A stretch of DNA of 64,000 nt from Fimbriosthenelais zetlandica. Its lineage: Eukaryota. Under the pieces are notes generated by a model that saw nothing but the letters and a program-made list of their open reading frames with translations, was not told the origin of the DNA and did no database searches. Positions within the stretch are counted from its first letter, which is position 1. Every line of letters starts with the position of its first letter. Made by a program: the position numbers and the translations under genes. This document shows, one piece after another, positions 14,201-25,426 of the stretch. Location: positions 17,732,001-17,796,000 of the forward strand of contig OZ365110.1 of assembly GCA_977030845.1 (NCBI GenBank), read 5' to 3'.

Positions 14201-17200
14201 CAGCAAAGAGAGAGACACACTGGCAGGCAGTATAAGTGTCAAGGTACCAACTGAATACAGTTTGACATTTGGCCACACTGGCAATTTAATCCGTAATGGA
14301 GATTCATCCAGTGATTTCCGCTTACTCCTGAATGGGCATATCACAACAGGAAACAGTCGCATCCATTACCGCGAAAATGCATTAACTATGACAACAAACC
14401 TTCAGTTACCAATTGAATCTTATAAGAAGTTTGGCTTAAGCATCAAGCACCGTGGCGTAGCATCTAATTTCAAGACAGAAGCAACATTAAATCTGCCATT
14501 TGCGAAAGTGAAAAAACTAGGATTTGAAGTGGAGCACTCTAGTTCCCTTCCTGAATTCAGCAGCCAGGCCAGAGTTATTTACAACAAAGCTGAATATGGA
14601 TTTAGTGTCAGTCATGAAGGTAACATCAATGATTTCACTTCCAAGGCAGGTATTGAGCACAAAGGTAAAAAAGTTCAGGCCGAAATCAAATGGACCCAAA
14701 CTGGCAGTGGTGGGAACATGAACCACAATGGCCATATCCGCCTTATGTCACCATACAAGCATCTACGGACTGTTGAGACCAAGTTCACCCACTCCATTCA
14801 GGGAACTTCATACAGGGGCCAGATTGAGTCTCTCTACAATGATGCCACCTACTTTGACACTGAATATACTTTTAGCAATGAGCAAAAGAAGGAACTTACA
14901 TTGACCATGAGAGAACCCAACCCTGCCTCTTTCAGTGGAAACTTTGAACTCACTCCCACGAGCCTCGAAACTGATGCTACTGTTAACTGGGACACAACTG
15001 ACCCGAACAGCAATGTCCAAATGGTTATGATGGCCAAGTCTGAACCTAAATATGAATTTGAAATCAAGGTCATCCGGCCCGAAAAGACAACCATGTTTAA
15101 AACAGATCTCGATTACGAAAACAAAAACTTTGACCATGGTGTGGCAGTACAGTGGGGTAATGGACCTGCAAAGAAGGCTGATTACCGAATGACTGGGGAG
15201 AAGTCTCGTGGTATATATAATGGTCAGTTTGAGCTGAGGTCACCCTACCAGAATCTGGAGGCCTCAGTGGAGCACACTGTTAAAGCTCAATCGGTGCAGA
15301 CTGTATTTGAGATTGGAAACATTGAAAAGCTCACTGTCATTCAGAAGATGTCCATGAAACAACCCAACTTCAGAAACTTTGATGCCATGCTCACTGTCAA
15401 GCACCCACGTCTGCAAAAGGTAAAAGATTTCAATCCTACTGGGTGATATACCTGTAACTCAAACTCAGTCCTACCCAGTAAAGCAATCAAAAAACTATAG
15501 AACTATTGTTTTTACCAATGACACCAATAACACTTGTCAACGGATAAAAGTAAAAGGTTTGTTTTCTTTCTAGGACATCAAGTTTGAAATGGAAGGTATC
15601 GTCAAGCCCCGACCTTATGCTGAAGGTCGTGTTAACATTGAATTTGGAAACGATAAAGTGACATTTACTGGCAAGGTTGGTGACATTTCCACCTCTGCCA
15701 AGACCTCCTACATCGCAGCCATGAGGCTCATCCACCCTGGAACTTTCACTGACTTCCAAGTAGGTCACATAAGAATATTTCCTTTCTTAATAGTCTTAAT
15801 AATCCAACGATAGATTGACTATATTTAACTCCGGTAGAATATGGTTAGGAGATAAAAAATGTGTCTTTTCCATTAGTTTGATTCAGAGTTTGGAGCAGAG
15901 AGAAATGAAGTCTTTGCTAACATGGAGGTGAAGCACAAGTCAGCTGTGGACAAGACAATCAAAACTGCTTCCCTCAGGTCCTCCATCAATACACTCCGTC
16001 GCAAGCTCAATCTTGATGTAAGTATTCAAGGAACCGCAATGCATGTTTTCCGTCTGTTATATATCACAAGTAAGATACAGTGGCTTACCATCCAAAGGAT
16101 TTTTGTTCATTGAAGTTGTCTTCAAAAAGTGCTGCCAAGCCTGGTATTTGTAAGAGACCTTCCTTCTTTGATTATGCAGGTAGTGTCACCTTTGCACGAT
16201 GACGTGCGTCTGACCGGTGCTATTGAAGGTGATTCTGGTGAATACAAAATGACCTTGGCAGGTGATGTTGGTGGAGAGCGTATCAGTGCAAATCTTGACC
16301 TGAGCAAGAAGGCCCCTCTTGCTGATCTCAGGATCAAATACCAGCGAGGTCAGTAGTCTTAACTCATCATGACCTTGGAGATCATTGTTGATTATAACTT
16401 GCTTCATTAATGATTATATTATATAAAATATGTATTTTTTCCAGACCGCCTAATGCGTATGTATGCCAAGTATATCTCAGTAAGCACAGTGCAGTTTGAG
16501 GCCTACAGACAGATAGGTAACAATAAAATCATTGATAGCCAGCTTGCCCTTCGCCTCAACAACAGCCGTCTTATCCATGGACGGGCTTACTTCAGACCAG
16601 AGTCTGCCTCAGAGATTCAGGTTAGTGTGGTTTACATTATTAAAGGTGACTCAGTCACTGTCAGTGACACGCATTGAGTGACACGCATTTAATCTCTGAG
16701 TGATTTGGGGGCATACAAATTTTCATTGCGTATGACTTTTAAAATTGTTTCTAACATAAACATCACTGTTCAGTAGGTGAGTTTATCCTCACACACCTTC
16801 TGTTTAATCTGTAGGAACTTTTGAACCAGAACCATGGAGTAGAAGCTTTCTTCCAACGTGTAAAGAATGCTATAGATGAAGACATTGAGCACAGAGAGCG
16901 TTACCTTAGGTCTCGCATTCAGCCTATCATCAGCTTCCTTCGTGATCTACTCCATCACCTCGATGACATTGAGCGTCGGGTTGAGCGGGCTTACAATGCG
17001 GCATACCGGAATGATCATTATTACATGAAAAGTAGCCATGAGATGGCCAAGAAACACTATAACCAAATCAGGTCTGTAATTTATACACTTGTACCATTAT
17101 TATCAAGCCTAATGATTAAGTTTGATGATTACATGATATCTGTCAGAATTTTATTTGGCAAAATCTGGTGAAGCAATGCTTACTGATTTTTCGATTTTCT

Positions 17201-20200
17201 GGCTGGCGGCCACTTAATCCTATTAGGATTTTTAACAGTGTATCTACATTACTTTGAATCAGACAATTTGATGTCTGACAGTTAAAAAACGTATAATACT
17301 CTGATGTTGAAATATTTATGGAAGAAATGGTACATCTGTCTTGCAGTGCATATACCCAGGAGCAGTATATGAAGTACAAGCCGGCGATGGACCGTCACTA
17401 TGAGAATATGGCTCAGAGTTGGGAAGACACCAAGCAGGCTGTCGCTATCAGACATGCTCATGTTACCAATACCGTTAATCAAATGCATGGTGAATTTATG
17501 GAGGATGTAAGGAGGACCTATAACGTGAGCTCTAATTTTTGTAATTTTCATTTAACTCTTGTGTCTTTTTACCACATTAGTCACAAGAAAAATTATTTAC
17601 CTTCTCACGCATTACAGTTAAGGGCATGCATCACTATGTTACATTTGCCCATACTGTTTGTTTTCAGGTTCTGAGTGAAAGAATTGAGGCCTTCATCACA
17701 GCACCCTGGTTCAGTATCATTGAGGAAAAACTCACAACACTGTATGAGAATGCCTACAACAGACTAAGAGGTAGAAAAATATAGAAAACATCCTAACATA
17801 TGTCTAGAACATCCCATCATTTGTTTACCATTCTGTCTCGTTTAATCCCGAATCAGTGCCGAATTGGAATACTGAACATCATTAGAATCTAAAATGTATA
17901 TATCTTTCAATAGAATCAGGTGAAAACTTCCGCAACCACCCCTATGTTCGTCCAGTAATTGAATGGTTCGACTCAGTCAAGGACAGCGAATACTTCCAAC
18001 CGCTCCGTGATTTCCATCGTGATGCCACTGAACACATGGCTAACCTTCGCAGGCGCTACAATAATGCCTATAGTACTGCCTACAGGAAGCTGTCAGAAAC
18101 TATGGACACCGAGGAGATGAGGAAGGTCCAGGAATGGGCACAGGATTTAGTTAGACATGTAAGTTTGCACCCATAAATTATTTAGCATCAATGTACTTGT
18201 ATATATTGTAACTGTGCATGATGATGACCTTGGGTTAATTGCGTTAAAAGAATACATGTATGTATTTATTTTTATAATTTTAATATTCCCTAGGGCAAAT
18301 ATGCTTATCAGTATTATGGACTCGCTGATATTGAGGAGACAATCCGTAATCTAAGGGCCTCCAACATAGATGAGCTGAAAACCAAGGCACTCCGTTATCT
18401 AAGGGATTACCTCCAACTCAACCGCACTAGGATCACTGTTTGGGACACCAACAGGGGTGACTATCAGGTAACTAAAAACCTGCACTCAGATTTAGTTGAA
18501 CACAGACCGCATATATATGTTAATAACATCAGTTTAAATAAACTATATAGCTGAGACAAGAATACCAAAAATCTTCCCCATTTGTGTTGTAGTTTGAGGC
18601 CTATATGCCCATCAAGCTCCAAAACCTGCGGGACTTCCCTGTGGAGGAGGTACGTCGTCTGGTGACCAAGACCAAGCGCAACCTGGCCTTCCTCATGCCT
18701 GATGAGGAATGGATACCATGGGATACAATCTACAAATACAAGATCTCCACTGATCCTCAAAGCTGGATCCCACCGTTTGATGGTAGGGATAATTAACTAC
18801 ATCAGCCATTCATTTGTAGTTTGTTTACATCTCATACTATGAATTTATGATGTTTCATATCCAACCCTCATTAAAATAAACTATTAAACTTTGATTCATA
18901 CATCATACATGCTATGTATTGAATATCAAATTTTGATTGTGGTGCCTAAATTTTTGCAGCCCACGCCACACTTGCTGGCAGCCAACACTTTATGACCTTT
19001 GACAAGAAGTTCTACGAATACTCTGGGGAGTGTAGCTATCTCTTGGCTCATGACTTCATCAACAGTAACTTCTCAGTGGTTGTTAACTATGATAGTGTTG
19101 ATGGAAAAATGTCCAAAAAATCCATCACTGTCCTCAGTAATGGCAAACAAGTGGAAATATTCTCCAGCTACAAGGTGACCTACATTTTGATTTTATCCTT
19201 TTATAAAATGCTTTAGTCTATTGGACGACTTAATGTTGTAGAAAGAAAGAAAGGTTTCACAATGCTGAAAATATGAATGTTTAACTGTGTCAATTGCTTG
19301 TTTAGGTGACTATAGATGGAGCTCGTAGTGAGCTTCCCATAGAATTTGATGACACCTCTGTGGTTCGTCTGGGCAACCGTATCCGACTTGACAACACCAA
19401 TGGTATCACTGTCACCTGTGATCTTCCTTATGACAGGTGTACTGTCAATGTGACAGGCTGGTAAGTGCAAAATGCTTTTGAATGTGCAGCTTAAGGTTTT
19501 CCTTATAATGCCTTTCATCAGAATAGATACTAATACCAGCTCTTACAAAAATTGCAATTAGTACCCGGAGATTAATACATGAAATTGTTGAAACAGGTAC
19601 TTTGCCAAGACTGCAGGCCTATTTGGAACATACAACAATGAACCTTTTGATGACTTCACAACACCACTGCATCGTCTGGCAACCAGCCCAGAAATTCTGG
19701 CTGACAGCTGGACTGTGGGAAGGAAGTGTCGTGTGCGTAACAATGCCGAGCAACGAGTCCTAGCCGACGCTAGGAGCTACAAGACATGTGCCAAATACTT
19801 CATGGTAATTATAGACAGCCATCACTTTCAAATGGTGCTTGTAACGGAATGTATTTGTTTCCTGTGCAGTTGATTAATATTTTACTTGGCTATGCGTTAA
19901 ACAACTGATTCTATCCATTTTAGGAAAGGCAATCACCATTCCGCCCCTGCTTCAGACAAGTTGACCACGAACCCTTCATGCAGATGTGCGTCAATGATCT
20001 TGCTAAGCGTGACAATCAACTTATCGGTGAATCCGACATCTGTGACGTTGCTGCTTTCTATGTAGATGAGTGTGCGCGTCATGGAGTTCCACTGCGACAA
20101 CCCAGAGCATGTGGTAAGGATTTAGTGATAGTACCATGTACCTAATCAGCTATACTTGCTTCTCTGTATGAAACCCAATTACATAAATTACATAAATTCT

Positions 20201-22351
20201 TTTCTGCTCCAGTCTCATGCAAGCTTGGTGATGCTAGAAAGTTCAAGGAGGGCAACGATCTGCGTTTAGACGGATCTGATGTCCCTCAATCAGCTGACAT
20301 TGTATTCGTCATTTCCCACAAGCAATGCAATGGTGACATCATTCCCAAGTTGAAGAAAGTGTTAGACAGCCTAGAGGACTCACTGAAAGAGAGGGGTCTG
20401 AGGAGGAACAGGTATGGTGTTGTAGGATTCGGTGGTGATGGCATTCTAGCCACACCTCATTCTCACACAATTGAGGGTCAGCTGTTCAACAGGCACCTTA
20501 AGGTTGGGCAGGTAATATATGCTAATACTTACATCTCCACAATCCATTTCCTATGAATAAATTGCCTTTGCATTCCTTGAATTTGATTATAATTTTTAAA
20601 TTTCATTTCACTCTAGATGATCACTTCCTTGCCGGTATCTAGTGATGATCAGTCAGTGGAACATGCTATAGATGCCCTCCACATGGCTGCCAGGTATCCA
20701 TTCCGTGCTGGTGTCTCTAAGACGCTCATCCTCGTCAACTGTGACACATGTTCAGAGAACCTGGTCAGCTACCCAGACATGGTGGAACTCCTACTGAAGA
20801 GAGACATAAGGCTCCAACTCATCTCTCCTCATGACTTCCGCATGAAGTCCAACTCCCCTAAGGCTAACAACATCCTTGGTGAGTAGATTATCCTTGTCAT
20901 ATTTAAGAAATTCCTTGAGGGATTTGTGGATCTTTCAATAGGTTGATGGAAACATGCAGTTTCACTTGGTAGATGGAAGAAACAATGATTAACGGAAATG
21001 TATCTGTTCTGCCGTGACATCCTCTTAACATTTTCAATCAACAAACTTTCCTCTATCATTACAGCTATGACTCGTTACACCGTGTATACTAACAAACATG
21101 TCGGTAACCTTGATGGTGACGTCACACTTAGGCGTCAGGTGTTGATGCCTAAGGATCTTTGTGCTGCTCTGAGTCATGACACAGAGGGGGCCATCTTCAA
21201 TGCTAACAAGTTCACAAATGCAAGGTGGAAGGTGGGTATCATACTATTTTCCCTTGTAGAAAATAGTAGTATAAAATTGTATTGTATAACTTTTAATGTT
21301 CCCCTCAAACCCTGACTATGGCATGATCTGCATTCCTTTGGGTTTTTTTTCAGGATATACGCACCATTTTGGCTTCAGTCGTAGCTGTTCAAGCCGCACC
21401 TTCTGAGTGCCAGACCTGTGAGTGTGTGCCAGATGAGAGTGGATTAGGCCAGCCAGTCTGTTACAGCTGTACCGCCCGCAAACCACTCTATGGCGTGAGT
21501 TACTTATTTAATATAACTATGCAATTTACAAGCAGTATTTTCGTCTAATCCCATATTGAAAACATAAACATGGGTATCACACTCCAATTGATGTAGAATA
21601 TTTATGTGTGTATCACCATCCTGTTGAATTTTATTAGGGTAGGGAATTTATATGAGCATCCCCCGCCAATTGAATTCTATTGGGATAGGACATTAATTTT
21701 ATGTAGTTATCACCATCTAATTGAATTGTACTGAGGTAGGACATTTATGTGGGTATCTCCCTCCCATTGGATTGTATTGAGGTAGGACATTATATAGTGA
21801 TAGTGGCTATCACCCTCCAATTCAATTATTTTTAGTAGGACATTTATGTGGGCATCACCCTCCAATAGGATTTATTGGTATAGGCCTAGGTATTCAGGGG
21901 CAGATCCAGAATTTTTTAACTGGGCCTGCGCCCCCACCCACTTTAAACCTCAAAGCCCAACTCCCACTGGATCCACCACTGTATAGTACATTATATTATG
22001 TTAAACATTCATAAGTTCTGAAAGCTTCCTGAAAATATGATGAATAAATGACCTCAGAAATTAAAATATAATTATGTTATTGCAGCTTTTGCCCAAATTT
22101 GAAGATTATGGAGTTGGAAACTTCATGGATGTTCCATCAAAACCAATAAAAAAGGTATGCATTTAATATAGTCGATTAATCCTCATAGGACTATTAGAAG
22201 TAATGAAAGTAATTAAAAGTTTGATTCATTTGTGAGCAAGGATTCTAATTGACCATGTTAGTAGCCTACAATAAAAATCCTATCACTGTTACAGGTGAAA
22301 AAATTGAAGAGCCTGAGCAAGAAGGGAAGACGCCGTGGTCGGAACCAGTAG
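2298..22351 (+). CDS. Apolipophorin / vitellogenin-like large lipid transfer protein (LLT domain, DUF1943/DUF1081-like region, long beta-repeat region, VWD, VWA-like domain); ~4,010 aa traced, 5' signal-peptide exon not located
   Basis: 39 phase-consistent GT-AG exons: 2298-2351, 4263-4423, 4613-4861, 5336-5485, 5625-5808, 5987-6405, 6521-6703, 6897-7046, 7165-7398, 7517-7846, 7946-8289, 8408-8590, 8691-8958, 9096-9255, 9390-9644, 9757-9991, 10211-10415, 10535-11205, 11405-15419, 15574-15759, 15877-16017, 16180-16348, 16445-16620, 16815-17071, 17347-17524, 17668-17770, 17914-18158, 18294-18467, 18593-18782, 18960-19174, 19306-19460, 19597-19804, 19924-20113, 20213-20511, 20617-20878, 21065-21231, 21354-21494, 22086-22154, 22295-22351 (TAG). 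LLTP hallmarks: KFGYEEGKTYRYNYE, NIKRAILSGFQ, DVSGECYVEY, ELRINAYLMLMACP, NQVGSFVWTHL, FSRNIEWS, SFVPRSANLNLT, FNTPGSRVDREF. VWD: HFMTFDKKFYEYSGECSYLLA, GLFGTYNNEPFDDF. Confidence 0.93.
3885..3982. repeat. Short interstitial telomere-like (TTAGGG/CCCTAA) tract followed by a G17 run
   Basis: gggttagggttagggttaaccctagg...ctagggttaaggttatgttaaccctaa, then G17 at 3966-3982, inside LLTP intron 2352-4262. Preceded by cagggcgaatccaggattttt (3848), which resembles the terminus of the 21895 element. Confidence 0.75.
21569..21880. repeat. Degenerate ~47-bp minisatellite (about 6-7 copies) in an LLTP intron
   Basis: Recurring unit like ggacatttatgtgggtatcaccctccaattgaattgtattgaggta. Confidence 0.75.
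21895..21981. mobile_element. Very short MITE-like element with imperfect 15-bp terminal inverted repeats
   Basis: Left end CAGGGGCAGATCCAG; the right end CTGGATCCACCACTG is its imperfect reverse complement (12/15). Flanks are AT-rich. Confidence 0.6.
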
Positions 22352-23969
22352 ACTTAATCTTCATGGAATTCTTTCATTATTTTTATAATTCTTAGTTATG
22401 ATTACAAGTTGGATGTTTTAATGTTCGTTTTGATTATTTGCTGTTTTAATTGCTAACTTAGCTAGAAATGAACGAACAAAAGAATACATATCTGTAGTAT
22501 AAGATGATATTTTATCAACTTGTACCCATTATATAATAATTTTATCGTCAAATGGTAGTCATAAGATAGTTATTTTCATTTTCATGAACTAACTTAAAAC
22601 ATTTCTCATGCTCTTACCTTTTGTCAGATTATATGATTCTAATGTGTCAGATTATATGATGCTAATGTGCATTTTATATCAATGTGGTTTATATTGGCTA
22701 TCCAACGTAAGATTATACTGTAATTTCTATTTCTAGTCGCTCACTGCATGCCAAAATCAGAATTTAAAAAAGAAGAAAGAAGTACAGTAATTAATGCTAA
22801 CTGCTATTGTCGTTAGGCACATGATAACAATTCTGCCAATTGCAAAATGCATGTAACTCATATAGATTGCTCTATTTTTATATGTATGAATTGTTTTAAT
22901 ACAGAATGACTATAATTGTATGGGACATTCTTATGGGGAGATTGAAATGGGGAGATCTTTAAAGTAGTTGCAGTAGCCTACGTATTTTCTCGAATTGCGA
23001 TGTCAAGGACCAATTTGAGTAGGAAATCTTAGATATTTGCTTTTGACTTCAATAAAGCGCAGATGTAGATATTTGTTGGATGCTTTGTATCTAATACGTT
23101 CAGATATGAGTGTGAGGATGAAATAAATGAATTGTGATGAATAATTACATCGTTTTGGTAATCATGAGAGCATATATAATTCCACAGTAATTTTTGTGAA
23201 AGGAAGATCCTTCGAACGGGAGAGAATCAAAGACCATAATAGATCTTAATCTTATTTCTGAATTATCCCCTCAAAAGTTCTGCCACACACATGCACGTGT
23301 TACGAAACGACCTATCGAGGGTAGGCTAAATAAGCCTACATGTATGTTTCGGAAGATTAGCTACCAATTATAGATACAGCATTGTGAATGTCATTCTATT
23401 GAAACATTGCAAACACTTTTTTTTCTCCAGCCCTAACGAGTAGGCCCCCCACTTTTAATATAGATTTGAACACCAGTGATTTACTACTCACCTCTACCAG
23501 TGTCGCCTGCTTTTACTCCTTCTGTGTAGCGTACATCTCCACAATACCATGTATAATTCGCCGGAGAAGCAAGGGAATACCAGGCCTTTCCCAGGAACTT
23601 CCAAGTTGTCTCTTTGTATAATACTGGGGATATCCTCGTACTTCCCATGTATCATTCCGAATCGGCGACCTTAAAGGGTTTTAAACAAAATTAATGCCGA
23701 ATTCCTACGCCCCTGCTACTCATAGATTGATTTCTTGAGTCACAGTGACACTGTGACTGTGTAGGCCTATAGGCCCAAGATTAGGCTCCGTTCCAAAATT
23801 AGCCGAAATTAAGGGCAATACACGTCCATATAGGTATTTAACAAATTAATCTTATAAAGTGCGATAGATTTATAAAGTAGTCATGACATGACATTTAATA
23901 TTTACCTCTGCAGCAACTAAATCATGATGATATGCTTTCGACTTCGTGACAGCCACCTTGAATAGTGTA

Positions 23970-24580
23970 AGCAGGTTTCCAGGTCTCGCAACTCCAAATA
24001 GTTTTCTCTACAGTAGAATAACGCCTAAGACGATTAGACACAAACTTTAAACTCTACCATATTTGTATATACATCTTTATTTAAATTAGTCCATACCCAG
24101 AATACTAAATGGGAAGTCAAAATATTGCAGCGCGTGGTAAATTTTATCGCAGGACGATTTCATATCGCAATCCCTAATCATTCAGGTCGTGCAACTCAAA
24201 TTTTTTTTTATTGGTCTCGAAAATCGCGTTTAAAGACCAGGGATTGATTCCAAGCCTTTCTTAGTATGCGTTTACTTCATAGATTATAGATATCATATGT
24301 GGCTTACTGAATACAGCAAAAAAAGTTAGGAAAGTGGCGGAGATTTTATCGTATATTAATTTCATGTGGTCATCCCTGGAAATTCAGGTCTTGCAATTCC
24401 AAATAATTTATCTACAGTAGAATAAAGCCTAAAAGGTTAGACACCAATTTAAAAGCTAGAAAGAAAGGTTTGTCATTCTTATTTACATAAATCCATCCTC
24501 AGAATACTAAATTAGAGGCTGGACATTTTATCGTAGGGTGATTTCATGCCGGAATTCCGGATAATTCAGGTTGCGCATTG
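23970..24580. repeat. Degenerate ~200-bp tandem repeat (about 4 copies)
   Basis: Anchor caggtcNNgcaaYtcYaaat recurs at ~23980, 24183, 24385 and 24567. Copies 1 and 3 share longer identity (ctacagtagaataa.gcctaa..g.ttagacac, cagaatactaaat). Confidence 0.6.
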
Positions 24581-25426
24581 GCGCCAAATCTTTGCTGTTG
24601 CTAGAAATTTCCACGGATTCGTATTTTTATTCAGACAAATTCCGGTTAATTTACATATTCGATAATAATAATACGCATATATACAGAGAGTTTTAAAATT
24701 ACAGGATGGGACAGCTTTTATTTGAAAAAAATATTGTACATGGATTAACATTTTCGGACTCTTTATTACCAATACCGACGTTGTTTCAGGTGGGTTCATC
24801 TCGTAGGCCTACAATCATTCCGCACCTAATCATAATAATATACATACAATCGATAGTCCATCCTTCTTATCACAATAAAAGACATAAACGATGCATCATA
24901 GCACTAGGATATTACTATATTAAACCCAATTCATAGGAAAGATATTCCTCACCATACAGCTTCCCAGTAAGGTCATACTTAATGTTTCAATGTTAACAGC
25001 AACAACAGCAACGCCTGTTAATTCATCTACCAAATACACCATAGTCACACATAGAATACTATATCATCATAGTATTCTTCATATTTAAATTTATCCAACC
25101 ATGGAGGAGCTTTAACTTTATCTTAGCTTTAACTTAAAATTTTAGCTGATCGGTTTCATTCCATAAAGCCCCGGGTAGGGAATTCTAAATTCCTCGCCCC
25201 AGAGACCCTGGACTTTTAAAGTTTGACTTTTAAAAATTGATACAAGTCAAACATTGACGCCCATTGGCTCGTGAAGTGAGAGTTTACTTTTGAGTTTCAG
25301 TGTTTAACTTTAAGCTATTGTTCATTGTTCGGAATTTTTATGCAAATGCGTGATCATTTTTATAATTTGTAAGAAATAACATCTAAACCCATTGATCACC
25401 ATTTGACCGATATGACTTCTTTCCTT

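Noticed and set aside
12267-15137. Several 100-217-aa antisense ORFs inside the giant LLTP exon
   Set aside because: Expected by-product of a long coding exon on the opposite strand; no recognisable motifs or splice context.
24880-25110. Faint resemblance on the minus strand (RRCCCCC, GKLYGEEYL) to a decayed third cystine-knot paralog
   Set aside because: Multiple stops, no correct Cys spacing, and similarity too weak to support by eye; a tBLASTn with paralog B would settle it.
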